Assembly: GCA_964519455.1 (NCBI GenBank) | Contig: CAZFIU010000003.1 | Coordinates: 18,943 to 82,942, forward strand | From: an uncultured Syntrophobacterales bacterium | Lineage (GTDB): Bacteria > Desulfobacterota > Binatia > UBA9968 > JAJDTQ01 | Length of the DNA: 64,000 bases | Direction: 5' to 3' | Shown: one piece after another, positions 26,582-36,323 of the stretch | How the letters are laid out: every line of letters begins with the position of its first letter | Numbering within the stretch: the first letter of the stretch is position 1 | Position numbers and translations under genes: made by a program | The notes under the pieces: model-generated | Told to the model about the DNA's origin: nothing | The model's database searches: none | The model's input: the letters and a program-made list of their open reading frames with translations, nothing else

Positions 26582-28899
26582 GAAACCATCTTAAACCCCG
26601 GCCGGAAGATGTTAAAGGCTACCCGCTCCGGCCTGAGCGGCAGGTCCTTCACCCGCACGCCTCCCAGCGCGTTGGCGACGGCGTTGCCGATGGCGGGTTC
26701 CACCGGGCCCAAGGCGGCTTCGCCCATGCCCTTGGCGCCAAAGGGGCCGTCGGGGTGCGGGTGTTCGACCAGGAGGGAGGTGAAGGTCTCGGGGTGGTCC
26801 TGCATGGATGGGGGGAGGTAGCTCAGGAAGGTGCAGTTGATGGGTTGGCCGTTGTCGAAGACCATCTCCTCGAACAGCGACGAGCCCAGGGACATGAGCA
26901 TGGAGCCTTCGTTCTGCAGGTGGCACTGGCGCGGGTTGATGGCCTTGCCCGCGTCCACCGCGGTGGCGAGGCGCACCACGCGCACCTTGCCGGTCTCGGT
27001 GTCCACCTCCACCTCGGCGGCGCAGGCGGACAGGAAGAAGAAGGCCGACGCCTTGCCCTTGCCGGTGGCGGGGTCGACGCCGCCGCGGCTCTGGAAGCCG
27101 GCGTTGCCGAAGAGACTGCCCACGGCGCCGCCGAAACGGGCGCGGAAAAGGTCGCCGAAGGCGAGGCGCCGCTCGGGGACGCCGGCCACCTGCACGTGGC
27201 CGTCGCGCAACTCCAGGTCCGCCGCGTCGGCCTCCAGTTCGCCGGCGCCGATCTCCAGGAGCTGGTCGGCCACCTGGCGGGCCGCGGCGACCGCGGCGTT
27301 GCCCATGCTGAAGACCGTGCGGCTGGAGCTGGTGGACTGGTCGAAAGGGGTCACGTCGGTGTCGGGCAGGGTGACGGAGACCCGCTCCCGCGGGATTCCC
27401 AGCACCTCGCTCACCATCTGCGCCAGGCTGGTCTGAACCCCCTGGCCGATGTCCACGCTGCCGGACAGCAGCGTGGCGGAGCCGTCTGCGTTGAGCCGCA
27501 GGCCCGCCGAGGAATGGGACGGCGTCATGGTGGTCTTGATCATGACCGCGAGGCCCTTGCCGCGCACCAGCGGCCCCGCCGGTCGGGGCGCCTGCTCCGC
27601 CCCGCCCTGCCACTCCACCGCCTCGGCCGCGGCCCGCAGGCAGTCCTCCAGCCCCACCGCCTCCAGGGTATCGCCGGTGACGAACACGTCGCCGTCGTGC
27701 ACCAGGTTCCGGAGGCGCATCTCCAGCGGGTCCAGCTCCAGGCGCCGCGCCATGTCGTCCATCTGCGCCTCGTAGGCCCAGCACACCTGGGGCACGCCGA
27801 AGCCCCGGTAGGGGCCGGTGGGCGGGGTGTTGGTGTAGACGCAGTAGGAGGTCAGGCGCTGGTGCGGTATCCGGTAGGGTCCGCCGGACACCTCGCCGCC
27901 GTTGCGCGAGGTGGAGGGACCGGTCAAGGCGTAGGCGCCGGTATCGTAGACCGCTTCCACCTGACGCGCCAGGATGGTGCCGTCGCGCTTGACGCCGGTC
28001 TTGATGCGCACCACCGCCGCGTGGCAGTGGCCGGTGAGGAAGACTTCCTCGCGCGTGAGCTTCCACTGGACCGGCCGGCGCGCCTTCCGCGCCAGCGCCG
28101 CGGCCAAGGGCTCCAACCGCAGGTGCACCTTGCCGCCGTAGCCGCCGCCGACGTAGGGCACCACCACCCGCACCATGGACTGCGGCAGCTCGAACAGCTC
28201 CGCGAGCTGGACCCGGATAGACGAAGGGTTCTGCGTGGCCGAATACACCGTGAGCTTCCCTTCCGCGTCCCAGAAGGCCGTGACCACGTGGGGTTCGAGG
28301 TGGCCGTGCTGGATCTTGGGGGTGGTGTAGGTGTCTTCGAAGACCAGGTCCGAGGCGGCAAAACCCGCGTCGACGTCGCCGCGCCCGACGCTGTAGGAGG
28401 TGAGCACGTTGGCGCGGTCCTCGTAGTGGTAGTGGCCCTTGTCGAGACGGCTCTCGGACTGCACCCGAGACGCGTGCAGCACGGGCCCGCCGGGAGACAT
28501 GGCCTCGATGGGGTCCAGCACCGGCTCCAGGGGCTCGTACTCCACGCGGATGAGATCGAGGGCTTCCTCGGCAATGTCCGGCTCTTCGGCGGCCACCGCG
28601 GCCACCACCTCACCGGCGTAGCGCACCCGGTCCACCGCCACGATGGGCTGGTCCTTGACCACGGGGCCGAAGTGGCAACGTTCCGGCGGAAGGTCCGCGC
28701 CGGTGAGCACGGCCACCACACCGGGCAGCGCCGCCGCGGCGCTCGCGTCTACCGAGACGAGCCGTGCGTGAGGGTGGACGCTCCTCAGCGCCTTGACATG
28801 GACCAGCCCCGGGAACTCCAGGTCGCCCGTGTACTGGGCCGCGCCCGTGACTTTCGCCGGCCCGTCCACCCGTGATGCGTTTTCGCCGATGTGATTCAT
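26578..28899 (-). CDS. xanthine dehydrogenase family molybdopterin-binding subunit (aldehyde oxidoreductase large subunit-like)
   Basis: 773 aa with Ald_Xan_dh hammerhead and MoCo-binding domains. No adjacent FeS or FAD subunit genes. Confidence 0.85.
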   Translation of the reverse strand: MNHIGENASRVDGPAKVTGAAQYTGDLEFPGLVHVKALRSVHPHARLVSVDASAAAALPGVVAVLTGADLPPERCHFGPVVKDQPIVAVDRVRYAGEVVAAVAAEEPDIAEEALDLIRVEYEPLEPVLDPIEAMSPGGPVLHASRVQSESRLDKGHYHYEDRANVLTSYSVGRGDVDAGFAASDLVFEDTYTTPKIQHGHLEPHVVTAFWDAEGKLTVYSATQNPSSIRVQLAELFELPQSMVRVVVPYVGGGYGGKVHLRLEPLAAALARKARRPVQWKLTREEVFLTGHCHAAVVRIKTGVKRDGTILARQVEAVYDTGAYALTGPSTSRNGGEVSGGPYRIPHQRLTSYCVYTNTPPTGPYRGFGVPQVCWAYEAQMDDMARRLELDPLEMRLRNLVHDGDVFVTGDTLEAVGLEDCLRAAAEAVEWQGGAEQAPRPAGPLVRGKGLAVMIKTTMTPSHSSAGLRLNADGSATLLSGSVDIGQGVQTSLAQMVSEVLGIPRERVSVTLPDTDVTPFDQSTSSSRTVFSMGNAAVAAARQVADQLLEIGAGELEADAADLELRDGHVQVAGVPERRLAFGDLFRARFGGAVGSLFGNAGFQSRGGVDPATGKGKASAFFFLSACAAEVEVDTETGKVRVVRLATAVDAGKAINPRQCHLQNEGSMLMSLGSSLFEEMVFDNGQPINCTFLSYLPPSMQDHPETFTSLLVEHPHPDGPFGAKGMGEAALGPVEPAIGNAVANALGGVRVKDLPLRPERVAFNIFRPGFKMVS

Positions 28900-29003
28900 A
28901 CAAACTGCCGAATTACCGTCATCAGTCGGAACCGGACAACGACGACCCGAATACGTCAGTCCCGCGCAACAAGTGTGTCAAAACACCGCTCGGACACGAA
29001 ATG

Positions 29004-29061
29004 ACACCAACGCATAGAACGTCATTCCCGCTTTCGCGGGAATGACGTTCTATGCGTTGGT
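29004..29061. repeat. perfect 58-bp palindrome built on the TCATTCCCGC-TTTC-GCGGGAATGA unit
   Basis: CACCAACGCATAGAACGTCATTCCCGC tttc GCGGGAATGACGTTCTATGCGTTGGTG gives a 27-bp stem and a 4-nt loop, read directly. Confidence 0.75.
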
Positions 29062-29140
29062 GCCCATTCCCTGTTCGTGCGGAGTTTGACGCAGCCCGAG
29101 AAGCCGGTGTCCATCTTCCCGCTTCCGCGGGAACGTCTTT
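29062..29140. repeat. degenerate repeat copies: a CATTCCC...TTCGTG.GGAG.TTGAC.CAGCCCG.GAAGC variant and a TTCCCGC-TTCC-GCGGGAA hairpin
   Basis: Resembles the 40911-40965 variant. Confidence 0.45.
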
Positions 29141-29166
29141 GATCGCGGGCATGGACGGACGAGTTC

Positions 29167-30252
29167 CTACGACTCCGCCGCGGCCCAGAGCACGCGTATG
29201 GCCGGGAGGCCCAGGAACTGGGTGCCGCGCTTCTGCCGTCCGATGCGTTCCCAGGTGTCGCCCCGGTCGCCGCTCCGGTAGATGTCCCCTTCCCCCGGCG
29301 GGCCGGCGGTGTGGCCTCGGGCCACGTCGCCGAAGGCGGCGATGATCGCGTCGCCGTCGTAAGGGTCGCGGGCCAGTTGCCAGCACATGCCGGGATGCGT
29401 CACCGGCAGGCCGGCGCCCACCTGCCGCCAGGTGCGGCCCGAGTCCTCGCTCCGGTAGATGCGGCCGTCCGCGCCGGTGGGGCGGTCCCAGTACTGGGGC
29501 GACCCGTGGCCGCCCGCCAGGAACAGCGCCGGCGGGTCGCCCGGCAGCATCACCACGTCGTGGAAGTAGTCGCTCTCCATGCCGCGTTCGGCGCGCCGCC
29601 AGCCGGCCTCGGGCGGGTCGCCGCGGAAGAACCCGCGGGAGGTGGCGGTGAAGAAGGCGGCAGGGTCCTCGGGCGAGCGGACGATCATGTGCACGTCCGG
29701 GTACTCGATGCCCGCGCTCACGTCCTCCCAGGTTTCGCCCCGGTCGAAGCTGCGTACGATGCCGCCGTGCTCCAGCGCCAGGTATAGGGTGCCGGTGTTG
29801 TCCGGGTCGATGTAGATGTGGCGCACGTGGCCGTGGTGCGGCGGGTATGGGAACCACCAGTGGTGCTGCACCTCCGGCGGCAGCGCCCGCAAGCCCTCCA
29901 GCTCCTCCCAGGAGTCGCCGCCGTCCTCGCTGCGGAAGAGCATCACCGGCTCGGTGCCGGCGTAGACCACCCGGTCCTCGGCGGGGTCCACGGTGACCCA
30001 GCGGATGTCCCCCTCGAGCACCCGCTGCCAGTGGCGTCCCTCATCGCGCGTGCGGTAGAGGCCGTCCTGGGTCACGCCCGCGTACACCACCTCCGGGGTC
30101 TCCCGGCAGCCCCAGACCGAGTCCACCACCTGGTCGGCGAAGAAGCTCTGGTACTCCCGCGACCCCCGCATGGAGGTCCAGATGTCCCCCACGCCGCGCA
30201 GGATCACCATGCCGGCCTGGGTGCCGGCGTAGAGTCGTAGAGCCTCGGCCAC
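29167..30252 (-). CDS. BNR/Asp-box repeat protein (sialidase-like glycosyl hydrolase fold)
   Basis: Four SxDxGxTW Asp-box motifs (SEDGGDSWEE, SFDRGETWED, SEDSGRTWRQ, SGDRGDTWER). Confidence 0.75.
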   Translation of the reverse strand: MAEALRLYAGTQAGMVILRGVGDIWTSMRGSREYQSFFADQVVDSVWGCRETPEVVYAGVTQDGLYRTRDEGRHWQRVLEGDIRWVTVDPAEDRVVYAGTEPVMLFRSEDGGDSWEELEGLRALPPEVQHHWWFPYPPHHGHVRHIYIDPDNTGTLYLALEHGGIVRSFDRGETWEDVSAGIEYPDVHMIVRSPEDPAAFFTATSRGFFRGDPPEAGWRRAERGMESDYFHDVVMLPGDPPALFLAGGHGSPQYWDRPTGADGRIYRSEDSGRTWRQVGAGLPVTHPGMCWQLARDPYDGDAIIAAFGDVARGHTAGPPGEGDIYRSGDRGDTWERIGRQKRGTQFLGLPAIRVLWAAAES

Positions 30253-30286
30253 GTGCTGTCCCCTCCGAAAACGGCGCCGGCGCGGG

Positions 30287-30913
30287 TCAGGACTGCCGGA
30301 GCCTTTCCAGGAACGCCGCCGAGTCCATCACCACGCCGAAGTGCTTGTCGAAGTTCCGCAGGGTCGCCTCCTGTTCCTCGTCCGAGAAGCAGGCGTTGGA
30401 ATCCGACAGGAAGAGCACCTTGAAGTCGCGCATGGCCCCGTCCCGGGCGGTGCTGTCGCAGCACACGTTGGTGGCCACCCCGGTGATGGCGACGGTGTCC
30501 CGTCCCAAGCGCCGCAGCACGTTCTCCAGGTTGGTGCCGTAGAAGCCGCTGTAGCGGAACTTCTTGATGACGATCTCGTCCGGCTCGGGCTTCACGCTCT
30601 CGCAGAACTGCGCGCCTGGAGCCCCTTCGAGGTTGGTCCAGGGATCCTCCGTGTCGTGGGTCATGGGCTTCAGGTCGGCGAACACGCCCACGTCCGCCAG
30701 GTCCTTGCGCTTGGTGGTGTAGAGGTAGATGACCGGCACGTCGGACGACCGGCACACCTTCAGGAGATGCTGGATCTTGGGGATGATGTCCTCGGACGAC
30801 GGCAGGTAGCGGGTGCCCCTGGGGTCCACCCACATGTTCTGCATGTCCACCACGATCAACGCCGTGTTGTCCTTGCCGATGCGCCAGCGGTCCGCGGGAC
30901 GGGTCTCCTCCAT
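30287..30913 (-). CDS. cysteine hydrolase (isochorismatase family)
   Basis: ALIVVDMQN catalytic-Asp region and ...VATNVCC catalytic-Cys region. AGGAGG Shine-Dalgarno upstream of ATG 30913. Confidence 0.8.
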   Translation of the reverse strand: MEETRPADRWRIGKDNTALIVVDMQNMWVDPRGTRYLPSSEDIIPKIQHLLKVCRSSDVPVIYLYTTKRKDLADVGVFADLKPMTHDTEDPWTNLEGAPGAQFCESVKPEPDEIVIKKFRYSGFYGTNLENVLRRLGRDTVAITGVATNVCCDSTARDGAMRDFKVLFLSDSNACFSDEEQEATLRNFDKHFGVVMDSAAFLERLRQS

Positions 30914-31392
30914 GTTCCACCTCCTGTGCGATACGTAACCGGGGGCATCCGGGGCGGGCACCGGAATTCCCGTCTATCACAGACGAAACCGCGGTCACAA
31001 GCCAGCGTCCTTCGCCTGACGAAGGTCCGGGCAAAGAGCGTGATGAGCGCGGTATTCGAGGCCCTCCGGGACACCTTGGCGAACGGGGAATCGGAATGTA
31101 CCCGGTCTCGCGTAACTCGTCACTCGACGGTCTCGGCTACCCTCTCATCCAGCTCCTACTTTGATCTCCGCCTTCTGCTCCTTTTCAGGTGCTCTGGAAG
31201 TCGCCTTCTTCATAGGCTCCCCTTTCGTGGGCGGTAGCCTTCCGGGCACTGATTATGTGACCCACTTCGATGCCGGTCTCACGCTCCGCCTTGGGCCAAG
31301 CTTCTCGTCAACCGGTGCCGGCGTCGGTGGTTGGTCGAGGATAGTGAGGTGCGCAGGCAGATTGCTTGGCAGAGTGTTATGGTTGCATGAAA

Positions 31393-31418
31393 TACACGGC
31401 CAAGTTTGAAACCCGCCC
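31393..31418 (+). repeat. 26-nt conserved motif TACACGGCCAAGTTTGAAACCCGCCC (copy A), followed by TGGAAC and a small hairpin
   Basis: 24/26 identical to 57377-57402. Confidence 0.4.
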
Positions 31419-31476
31419 CTGGAACATCTTTGTCCAGTCGCCAGACGGGAACCCGATGAGCACGCCCGCGCGCCTT

Positions 31477-32931
31477 TCACCTGTCCCGCAACGCCTCGGT
31501 GCCGAACCGTTCGATGGCCTCCAGGGTCTCGCGCACGTCGTCCCAGGTGGTGTTGTGGTTGATGATGCAAAGCCTGAGCGAGAACTTCTTCGCCAGCGTC
31601 GTCGATGAAATGAGCGCGCGGTCCTCCCAGAAGACGCGGGCGAGCACGTTGCGGTTCACCTGCTCCAGGACCTCCTCGTCCACGTCACGGTCGCGGGGGT
31701 TCACCCGGAAGCACACGATTCCCAGCGATGCGGGGTTGAGGGTCTCGAGCAAGGGGCTCTGCCGGACATACTCGTCGGCCCTTGCCGCCAACTCCATCCC
31801 CTTGGACACCGCCTGGCGGAATGCGGCCATCCCGAAGGTCTGCACCGACATCCAGATCTTCAACGCTCGGGCCGAACGGCTGAGCTGCAGGCCGCGGTCC
31901 GAGAAGTTGGGGTGGTTCGTGCCCCATATGGTGTCCTGAAGCACGTCGTGATGCACCTCGAACGCCCTCTCCAGCGTCGCGGCGTCCTTCACCAGCAGGC
32001 CTCCCACCTCGTACGGTTGAAAGAACCACTTGTGCGCATCCAGGTTCACCGAATCGGCGCGCTCGATGCCCCGCATGAGATCCTTGCCCTTCTCGGTCAC
32101 CACCGCGAAGCCGCCGTACGCCGCGTCCGCGTGCAGCCAGATGCCTTCCGCCTGGCAGTAGTCGGCCATGTCTTCGAGCGGGTCGATGGCCCCGGTGCTG
32201 CTGGCACCGGCATTGGCACACACGGCGATGGGGTTGAAACCCGCGGCGCGGTCCTCCGCCACGCTGCGAGCGAGCGCGTCCATGTCCAGGCGGAAGCGTT
32301 CATCGGTGGGAAGCAGCCGTGTGCACTCCGGCCGGACGCCGATGATCCTGGCCGCCCGGATGTGCGCGCTATGGCTCTGGTCGCTCATGTACACGGTGGC
32401 GCGCTCGGGGTTGCCCGCGGCTTCCCGTGCGGCGACGAAGGCATCCACGCTGGCCGCCGAGCCCCCGCTCGTCAGAAGCCCTCCGGCGCTCTCCGGAAAG
32501 CCCAGCCAGCGCTTCAACCAGTCGATGACCACCAGCTCGATGGCGCTGGGACCGCTCGCCACCAGCCAGGTGCATTGGTTGAAGTTGTACCCGGCGGCCA
32601 TGAAGTCCGCCAGGATCCCCGGCCAGGTGGGCGCCGACGGGATGAACGCGAAGCAACGCGGGTGGTCCAGGCGCGTCGCGAACGGCAGCACCTCGCGCGC
32701 CACCCATTCGATCACCTCCGCGGCCGGTCGGCCGTCCTCGGGAGGATCCCCTTTCAGCTTGGCGTCGAGCGCCTGCTGAAAGTCGCCGTCCCAGGCATTG
32801 TCCGCGGGCAGGCCGTCGATGCGGTCCACCAGGATCTCCGCCGTCTTGCGCGCGAGGTCGAGCATGACGTCGGGCGCCATCCCGAGGTCCCCACGATTGC
32901 TTCCATTGCTTTTCCGATCCGAAGCCGTCAT
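31477..32931 (-). CDS. pyridoxal-phosphate-dependent group II decarboxylase (aromatic-L-amino-acid/glutamate decarboxylase family)
   Basis: PLP-lysine region (SVNLDAHKW) and group II decarboxylase fold. The start may be 32880 (MAPDVMLD...). Confidence 0.8.
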   Translation of the reverse strand: MTASDRKSNGSNRGDLGMAPDVMLDLARKTAEILVDRIDGLPADNAWDGDFQQALDAKLKGDPPEDGRPAAEVIEWVAREVLPFATRLDHPRCFAFIPSAPTWPGILADFMAAGYNFNQCTWLVASGPSAIELVVIDWLKRWLGFPESAGGLLTSGGSAASVDAFVAAREAAGNPERATVYMSDQSHSAHIRAARIIGVRPECTRLLPTDERFRLDMDALARSVAEDRAAGFNPIAVCANAGASSTGAIDPLEDMADYCQAEGIWLHADAAYGGFAVVTEKGKDLMRGIERADSVNLDAHKWFFQPYEVGGLLVKDAATLERAFEVHHDVLQDTIWGTNHPNFSDRGLQLSRSARALKIWMSVQTFGMAAFRQAVSKGMELAARADEYVRQSPLLETLNPASLGIVCFRVNPRDRDVDEEVLEQVNRNVLARVFWEDRALISSTTLAKKFSLRLCIINHNTTWDDVRETLEAIERFGTEALRDR

Positions 32932-33171
32932 GGACAAAGACAAATAGCATGGCCATTCTGGAAAGACACCCCCGGGCAACCCTCTACAGCGGTACGGAAT
33001 GCGGTTCCGTACCGCTGTCCCCCTGACAGCAAGTCATTCCCCACGCAGTCGGCGCGTTTTCGCTGCGTCAAGACCGTGGATGCGAATGGCATCGAACCGC
33101 GCTTGAACCCCGGCGAAACGGCAGGATAGACTGACCGTCTGCCACTTGCGCACCCATCAGGAGGATTCGAT

Positions 33172-33993
33172 ATGACCGAGGTCATCATGATCGGCACCGG
33201 AGTCCCGGAGCCCAACCCCAACCGGCAGGGATCCTGCGTCGCCATCATCATCGACGGGAAGCCCGTTCTGCTCGACTGCGGCCGCGGCGCGCTGACGCAG
33301 CTCGTGCGCGCGGGCATCGACCCGGCACAGGTGGAGCAGGTCTTCCTTTCGCACCTCCACTACGACCACATCATCGGGCTTCCGGATCTCCTGCTGGGGA
33401 GCTGGATGGTCGGGCGCAGCACGGGAGTCGAAGTGTTCGGCCCGGCGGGGACCACGGCTTTCGTGGAAGGGCTCCTGGACGCCTTCAAGGTCGACATCCA
33501 GGGGCGCAAGGCCACCGGCACCAACTCGAAGTTCGAGGTCTCCACCCGCGAGATCGACCAGGGACCGGTGTGGGAGACGCCGGACTGGAAGCTCGACGCC
33601 GTGCGGGTGGTGCACATTCCGGGCAGCCTGGGCTTTCGCGTGGACACCTCGGACCGGTCCATCGTCTTCTCCGGCGACACCCGACCGTGCCCGGCTCTGG
33701 TGGAGCTGGCCAGGGACTGCGACCTGCTCATCCACGAGGTGCTCTTCTCTCCGGAAATGGAGCAGAACGGCGCCCCCGCCGGCCGCCATCCGGAGTTCAT
33801 CCACCCCGAGTGGGCCAACCGCGTGCGCCATACCAAGCCGCATCAGGTGGGGAGGATCGCCGCCGAAGCGAATGCCAAGAAGCTCGTGCTGACCCACTTG
33901 TGGTCCGAGAAGGAAGAGGAGCGGCTCAAGGCGGAGGTGGCCGCCCATTATTCCGGTGAGATCGTCGTGGCCGAGGATCTGATGCGGGTGTGA
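33172..33993 (+). CDS. MBL-fold metallo-hydrolase
   Basis: HxHxDH motif (SHLHYDHIIG). AGGAGGA Shine-Dalgarno upstream. Confidence 0.8.
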   Translation: MTEVIMIGTGVPEPNPNRQGSCVAIIIDGKPVLLDCGRGALTQLVRAGIDPAQVEQVFLSHLHYDHIIGLPDLLLGSWMVGRSTGVEVFGPAGTTAFVEGLLDAFKVDIQGRKATGTNSKFEVSTREIDQGPVWETPDWKLDAVRVVHIPGSLGFRVDTSDRSIVFSGDTRPCPALVELARDCDLLIHEVLFSPEMEQNGAPAGRHPEFIHPEWANRVRHTKPHQVGRIAAEANAKKLVLTHLWSEKEEERLKAEVAAHYSGEIVVAEDLMRV

Positions 33994-34119
33994 ACCAACC
34001 AACCCGTCGAACTTCCCCGGGAAACCGTGGTCGATGGGAACCGTGCGCTAAGCGAAGCGAAGTCGGAGGACGCCCTGTTGCCCGGCGACAATTGAACGGA
34101 ATCTTCCAAGGAGGACGAC

Positions 34120-35082
34120 ATGCTCGAAGCCAAGGACGTGCAGGGGGTGCTGGCGATCATGCCGACGCCGGCCAAGGAAGGCGCGGACAGTCTGGAGGCG
34201 GTGGACACCGTGGACCTGGACGAGACCGCGCGGCTGGCGGAGAGCCTGGTGCGTGACGGCGTCGCCGGCATCATGGTGCTGGGGACCATGGGGGAATGCG
34301 CCACGGTCTCGCGGAGCGACTACGAGGCCTACGTGACCTGTCTCCTGGAGACCGTGCGCGGCCGCGTGCCCACCTTCGTCGGCACCACCGCCCTCGGGGG
34401 CCACGAGATCGCCCAGCGCATCCGCTTCGTCAAGGACCGCGGCGCCACCGGCACGCTCCTGGGCATCCCCATGTGGCAGCCCGCGACCCCGGACATGGCC
34501 GTGCGGTTCTACGCCAAGGTAGCCGAGACCTTCCCGGACTTCCCCATCATGGTCTACGCCAACGCGCGGGCGTTCCGGTTCGCCTTCGACACCGACTTCT
34601 GGCGGCGGGTGGTGAACGTCGCGCCCACGGTGATGTCCGCCAAGTTCTCCAACCGGGGCATCCTCCGGGACGTGGTGGCGGCCACCGAGGGACGGGTTAA
34701 CTTCGTGCCGCCCATCGGACTGGCCTACGAGTTCGCGCAGATTTCGCCGCAGACCGCCAACACCTGCTGGACCCCCTCGGTGGGGCCGCAGCCGGCGCTG
34801 GCGCTGATGAACGCCCTGGCGGCCGGCGACGGCGAACGGGCCAAGGCCGTGGCCGACGACATCGCCTGGGCCGCCGAGCCCCATCACGCCATCACCGGCT
34901 CCCAGGAAGTCTTCGCCTCCTACAACATCCAGATGGAGAAGGTCCTCATGGGCGCCTCGGGCTACTGCAAGCCCGGCCCCATCCGGCCGCCCTACGACGT
35001 CATGCCCGAGGACTTCGAGGAGGCGTGCCGGGAGTCGGGCCGGCGCTACGCGGAGTTGCGGACCCGGTACGCCCAACCCTAG
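34120..35082 (+). CDS. dihydrodipicolinate synthase/N-acetylneuraminate lyase family protein
   Basis: DapA-family TIM-barrel pattern. AAGGAGGA Shine-Dalgarno upstream. Confidence 0.75.
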   Translation: MLEAKDVQGVLAIMPTPAKEGADSLEAVDTVDLDETARLAESLVRDGVAGIMVLGTMGECATVSRSDYEAYVTCLLETVRGRVPTFVGTTALGGHEIAQRIRFVKDRGATGTLLGIPMWQPATPDMAVRFYAKVAETFPDFPIMVYANARAFRFAFDTDFWRRVVNVAPTVMSAKFSNRGILRDVVAATEGRVNFVPPIGLAYEFAQISPQTANTCWTPSVGPQPALALMNALAAGDGERAKAVADDIAWAAEPHHAITGSQEVFASYNIQMEKVLMGASGYCKPGPIRPPYDVMPEDFEEACRESGRRYAELRTRYAQP

Positions 35083-35161
35083 CGGCCCGCGGCGTCCGGA
35101 TCGAGACGAGGGTTACGACCACCAGGACCCACCCGCCACGGGGCTCCGGCGGCGCAGCACC

Positions 35162-36247
35162 ATGACGCTGATCCTCACCAACGAGGAGATCGAGAGCTGC
35201 TTCACCCTGGAGGAATGCTTCAGGGTGATGGAGCCCGCGTTCATCGACCTGGGCAACGGCGCCGCCGCCAACCTGCCCCGCCAGGACCTGCTGGTGCCCG
35301 GTCCCCTGGAGGGCAGCTACCACGGCCTCAAGTCCGCCGGCGGCTCCATGCCGCGCTTCGGCGTGACCGCCGCCCGGCTGACCTCGGACATCGTCACCTG
35401 GCCTGAAGTGGACGGCGAGAGACGGCGTGTCAAGGTGCCGCTGGCCATGGGCAACAAGTACGTCGGCCTGGTGTTTCTCTTCAGCACCGCCACCGGCGAG
35501 TTGCTGGCCATCTTCCCCGACGGCCTGGTGCAGGCCATCCGCGTGGGCGTCACCAACGCCCTTTCCGCCAAGTACATGGCGCGACCGGAATCGTCGGTGC
35601 TGGGGCTCTACGGCTCCGGCTGGCAGGCACGCTCCGGCCTCCTGGCCATGTGCTCGGCCATGCCCATCCGGGAGGTTCAGGTGTACAGCCCGACCGAGGA
35701 GCACCGACGGGCCTTCGCCCGAGAAATGGATCGCCGGGTGGAGGCCGAGGTACGGGCGGTGGACGTTCCCGAGCACGCGGCCCGCGGCGCCGACATCGCG
35801 CTTCTGACCACCAACGCGCTGGTGCCCTTCTTTCCGGCCGACTGGATTCGCCAAGGCATGCACATCGCCACCGTCCGCTCCAGCGAGATGACCGTGGACG
35901 CGCTGCTGCGGTGCGACCGGCTGGTGGTGTCGAGCCGGGAAGCTGCCCGGCTGGTGACGCTGCCCGGCGAGGAGGAGCGAATCCCGGAGGCCGGCGAGGG
36001 CGACTACAGGCGAGAGGAACTGAGCGGCACCGAGGCCGACTGGAGCCGGAAGCCGGAGTTGGGAGAGGTCATGGCGGGAAGAGCCGCGGGCAGGGAAAGC
36101 GCGGCGGAGGCGACCTGCATGCTCAACTATGTCGGACTCGGGCTCCAGTTCGCCGCCGCTGGAGCCCGAATCTACGAGTTGGCCCGGGAACGCGGCCTCG
36201 GCAGGGAGCTTCCCACCGAATGGTTCTCGCAGGACGTTCACTCGTAG
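35162..36247 (+). CDS. ornithine cyclodeaminase/mu-crystallin family protein
   Basis: Rossmann motif GLYGSGWQA and OCD-family length and pattern. Confidence 0.8.
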   Translation: MTLILTNEEIESCFTLEECFRVMEPAFIDLGNGAAANLPRQDLLVPGPLEGSYHGLKSAGGSMPRFGVTAARLTSDIVTWPEVDGERRRVKVPLAMGNKYVGLVFLFSTATGELLAIFPDGLVQAIRVGVTNALSAKYMARPESSVLGLYGSGWQARSGLLAMCSAMPIREVQVYSPTEEHRRAFAREMDRRVEAEVRAVDVPEHAARGADIALLTTNALVPFFPADWIRQGMHIATVRSSEMTVDALLRCDRLVVSSREAARLVTLPGEEERIPEAGEGDYRREELSGTEADWSRKPELGEVMAGRAAGRESAAEATCMLNYVGLGLQFAAAGARIYELARERGLGRELPTEWFSQDVHS

Positions 36248-36323
36248 GTGGCGCCGTGGGAGGGTTCGCGTTGAGATTTTGGACTATGTGTCACCAAGCC
36301 GACACTTCATCCTCCTTTTCCTT

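Noticed and set aside
26755-28875. 706-aa plus-strand ORF
   Set aside because: Antisense to the xanthine-dehydrogenase-family gene.
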